DNA of 55,640 nucleotides, from IMG/VR virus record IMGVR_UViG_3300042309_002031, positions 1 through 55,640 of that record; one strand, written 5' to 3'. The stretch is from a virus (lineage: Duplodnaviria; Caudoviricetes). Shown in pieces: positions 53,116-55,640 of this stretch. The first letter of the stretch is position 1, and the number at the start of each line of letters is the position of its first letter. The notes below the pieces were generated by a model. The model ran no database searches. It worked only from the letters and a program-made list of their open reading frames with translations, and was not told where the DNA came from. Made by a program: the position numbers and the translations under genes.

Positions 53116-53693
53116 TGACAATACTATTCTTGATATATTGCCTACCTTTATTTGCCATCTACGCCATCCTCTGCCTCACAGTTCCTCTACTAAGATTCGG
53201 AGACATCAAGAACGGCAAGGGAATCAAACTCTACATATCAAAAGATATGATCCACTCAGACTACTTGTTCGAATCCTCGCTATGGAAGAATGAGTTTGCT
53301 CCAAAGGGAAAGTACATAAAAATAGGCTGGGGAGACAAGAAGATATTCCTTGAAACGAAAGATTGGTCTAGCCTCAAAATTATTGATTTCCTCTTTGCCT
53401 TTTTTGGTTTGAACAAGACAGTGTTGAGGGTCGACTTTCTGGACGAAATCCCTCAAGGTAGCACAGAAATAAGTATAGATGAACTGCAACTAGAGGTGCT
53501 GAAAATATATGTCAAGGAATCGCACAACGGACGGATCGTCCAGAAGAGGCCACACTACTACCAGAAGGGCGACTTCTATGAGTCCAACCTCAGGTACAAC
53601 TGTATAACAAACTGCAACAACTGGGTAAATCGCGGCTTATTCATAGCAAGAGCCACCAACCGGATCTGGTGCCCGCTCAGTTTCTGGTTGTAA
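53115..53693 (+). CDS. DUF2459-like membrane-anchored protein
   Basis: N-terminal TM; IHSD, IGWGDK.IF, FYES..Y....CNNWV. Confidence 0.75.
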   Translation: MTILFLIYCLPLFAIYAILCLTVPLLRFGDIKNGKGIKLYISKDMIHSDYLFESSLWKNEFAPKGKYIKIGWGDKKIFLETKDWSSLKIIDFLFAFFGLNKTVLRVDFLDEIPQGSTEISIDELQLEVLKIYVKESHNGRIVQKRPHYYQKGDFYESNLRYNCITNCNNWVNRGLFIARATNRIWCPLSFWL

Positions 53694-53697
53694 TCGA

Positions 53698-53703
53698 TAT
53701 ATA
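53698..53703. promoter_or_regulatory. TATATA box 5 nt before ATG 53709
   Basis: In a 15-nt intergenic gap; no SD. Confidence 0.5.
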
Positions 53704-53708
53704 CTTGC

Positions 53709-54251
53709 ATGACGAGTTTTGCCAAATATTTCATAACAAGAGAATTGAAGGGTTTGGAAGTTTCCGGGGTACTCTCCGAATCCGCTAAATCCCTTCAAAT
53801 CGGGCGCCTCAAAGAAAAATATGCGGGGCACTTTTACGATAAGTTCCCCAAGGCGCAGTACGAAGACATAGAAGAGGCCCTCCACGATTCCTTTGAAAAG
53901 GTCATGGTCGGCAAACACGACGCAAGATCGGCAGAAAACCTCTTCAAAAAAATGGTCGACGACAGCCTTTCCGGCCTCCGCAGAAAGAAAAGCACCGCGA
54001 AAAAGAGCCTATCTTGCGTGAAAGTCCTCAAATCCTTGGGATCCGATATGCCCTCGCTAATCAAGAGAGCGGAGAGGATGCTCACAAGCCAAGAAAAGAA
54101 GATCATAGAAATGTGCTCCCAAGGAAAGTCGGTCAGATCCATAGGTTCGGAACTCGGAATTTCCGCCGCTACCGCGTGGAGATCCCTCAACGATGGACTG
54201 GACAAAATCAGACTCTCGTATGGTATGAAATCAAGAAAATTAGGAAGATAA
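53709..54251 (+). CDS. ECF-sigma-like protein with region-4 HTH
   Basis: EDIEEALHDSF (region-2-like); LTSQEKKIIEM..GKSVRSIGSELGISAATAWRSL..GLDKIR (region 4). Confidence 0.65.
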   Translation: MTSFAKYFITRELKGLEVSGVLSESAKSLQIGRLKEKYAGHFYDKFPKAQYEDIEEALHDSFEKVMVGKHDARSAENLFKKMVDDSLSGLRRKKSTAKKSLSCVKVLKSLGSDMPSLIKRAERMLTSQEKKIIEMCSQGKSVRSIGSELGISAATAWRSLNDGLDKIRLSYGMKSRKLGR

Positions 54252-55277
54252 ATGGCGATCGTCCAATCGTGGCCAAAAGAGATGCTCAACCCGCACTCTA
54301 ATCCAAGGCTTGAAAAAGCACTGACACTTTTTAAAGAAGACCGCTACAGACGAGAAAAGAATGTGGTCTTCATAGATTTGCTTGACTGGCAGCATCCTTG
54401 CTTGACAGAGAAGCAAGCCATGTTCAACCACATCTTCCATCACCGTTTCCCACCGGAAGGTCAAGTGTACTTCGCGTTTCCTTGGGCAACAATCATAGAT
54501 CTGGAAAGTGAATTCAAGCTGAAACTCAATGAACACTCGTGGAGATTCAAGGATGCCTTGAAGGAAAGAGAAGGATCAAGAATCCACACGGTATGCCAAC
54601 ACATACGATGGAGAGAATTCTTGGGATTCTGGCGAGAGTTCGGGATCACTGACCTTCATGTTTCCCACTGCGAACTCAATGACCACGAAGCGGAAGGGAT
54701 GAAGATTCACTCGTGGCCAATAATAGCCACCAACTACGAAAGCCCCGAAAGGATGAAGGGAATTTCCATAAAAGAAAACAAGCACAAGAAATACTTGGTC
54801 TCATTTATGGGCAACCACGACAAGGACTACAGATCCGACATAAGACCCAAACTGCTCGAACTACTCAAAAACGAGACAGAAGTGTTTTATGAACTCGGCA
54901 GCAAATGGTTCTATGACAGCACAGTCTACAGATTCAAGAACTTATCCTCCGACGAGTCCGAAGATCAAAAAACCATAAAATACAATCAGATTATGTCTGA
55001 CTCCATCTTCTCGTTGTGTCCAGAAGGATCAGGCCCCAACACAATAAGGCTATGGGAAAGTATGGCCGTAGGATCAATACCAGTCATCTTCTCCAACGGA
55101 TGGAAGCCCCCGGAAATTGAAGGACTTTGCTGGAATGATTTCTCAGTTCGTATACCGCTGGATGAATATAAACATACTTTAGAAATACTCAAGTCTATTA
55201 GCAACGATCAGAGGGATTCCATGAAACACAATTGCCTTACTGCTTACAAAAAATTCGCAAGCATGAGGTGCTTCTGA
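54252..55277 (+). CDS. Exostosin-family (GT47) glycosyltransferase
   Basis: KKYLVSFMG..IR..Y..IMSDSIFSLCPEGSGPNTIRLWESMAVGSIPVI. Confidence 0.85.
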   Translation: MAIVQSWPKEMLNPHSNPRLEKALTLFKEDRYRREKNVVFIDLLDWQHPCLTEKQAMFNHIFHHRFPPEGQVYFAFPWATIIDLESEFKLKLNEHSWRFKDALKEREGSRIHTVCQHIRWREFLGFWREFGITDLHVSHCELNDHEAEGMKIHSWPIIATNYESPERMKGISIKENKHKKYLVSFMGNHDKDYRSDIRPKLLELLKNETEVFYELGSKWFYDSTVYRFKNLSSDESEDQKTIKYNQIMSDSIFSLCPEGSGPNTIRLWESMAVGSIPVIFSNGWKPPEIEGLCWNDFSVRIPLDEYKHTLEILKSISNDQRDSMKHNCLTAYKKFASMRCF

Positions 55278-55318
55278 CACTTGGAAATAATATAGAGCCA
55301 AACGGTTGATGCGCCTTC

Positions 55319-55324
55319 TATATA
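55319..55324. promoter_or_regulatory. TATATA box upstream of thioredoxin-like gene
   Basis: CTATATAAAT, intergenic. Confidence 0.4.
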
Positions 55325-55356
55325 AATGTAGGCATGGACTGCACAAGGAGGCTAAA

Positions 55357-55640
55357 ATGACAAGGATGAGAACCGCTGTTCTAGCGTTATTCTTAATGTT
55401 ATCAATAGCCAATGCCCAAGAACACACTTCCAGCTTTTCGTATGTAAACGACTACGAGCAAGCCGTGGAAACAAAGGACAAAAAGATCCTCGTCGTGTTC
55501 GGGGCCGACTGGTGCAAATACTGCCATGAACTCAAGAGGGATCTCAATCTCATGCATCTTGACAACTACATCGTTTGCGTGGTTGATGTAGACGTAAAAC
55601 CAGACCTAAAGAAAAAATACTCGTGCAACATGCTTCCGTG
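55357..55640 (+). CDS. Secreted thioredoxin-like protein (partial; not in ORF track)
   Basis: AAGGAGG SD; signal peptide MTRMRTAVLALFLMLSIANA; ILVVFGADWCKYC active site; open to the window end. Confidence 0.85.
   Translation, partial: MTRMRTAVLALFLMLSIANAQEHTSSFSYVNDYEQAVETKDKKILVVFGADWCKYCHELKRDLNLMHLDNYIVCVVDVDVKPDLKKKYSCNMLP

Noticed and set aside
1-55640. Eukaryotic giant virus origin, suggested by SET, GT47, actin and TATA-like boxes
   Set aside because: Contractile baseplate genes, SD sequences, overlapped operons and sigma70 promoters indicate a prokaryotic tailed phage
1-55640. Stop-codon reassignment
   Set aside because: Conserved genes are full length in the standard code, and TAA, TAG and TGA all end well-supported genes
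1-55640. tRNA/rRNA genes, integrase, transposase
   Set aside because: None recognised by eye; intergenic gaps are mostly too short. A tRNAscan-SE run would be decisive

Overview
A 55.6-kb, gene-dense, standard-code fragment of a large contractile-tailed (myovirus-type) dsDNA phage genome. No capsid, terminase, sheath or replication genes are in view. The left ~32 kb is a mostly minus-strand virion module: a gp2-like DNA end protector, a 2199-aa tape measure protein, and tube-initiator, gp53/LysM, hub, gp5-like spike, gp25, gp6/J and gpI-like wedge genes. These are followed by a tail-collar protein and three paralogous PKD proteins, one carrying ~50 tandem 13-aa repeats, interleaved with a SET-domain gene and two GT-like genes. 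The module ends in a truncated actin-family ATPase that the ORF track missed. The right ~24 kb is an accessory region: CCA-type nucleotidyltransferase, GT95/GT96-like and GT47 glycosyltransferases, sulfotransferase, patatin, a second SET protein, BCS1-like AAA ATPase, ArdC-N/zincin, secreted caspase-like protease, HAD, DUF6428, a 31-aa metallothionein-like ORF (missed), HDOD-like, GP88-like, sigma-like HTH and a secreted thioredoxin (missed). The strongest cross-cutting signal is that about ten unrelated proteins start with a peptide resembling the T4 capsid-targeting sequence and sit behind a recurring TATATA box. This suggests a set of enzymes packaged in the virion and injected with the DNA. 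A second candidate system is plant-HRGP-like glycosylation of Pro/Ser/Thr-rich virion proteins. All family calls come from motif recognition by eye; no searches were run.
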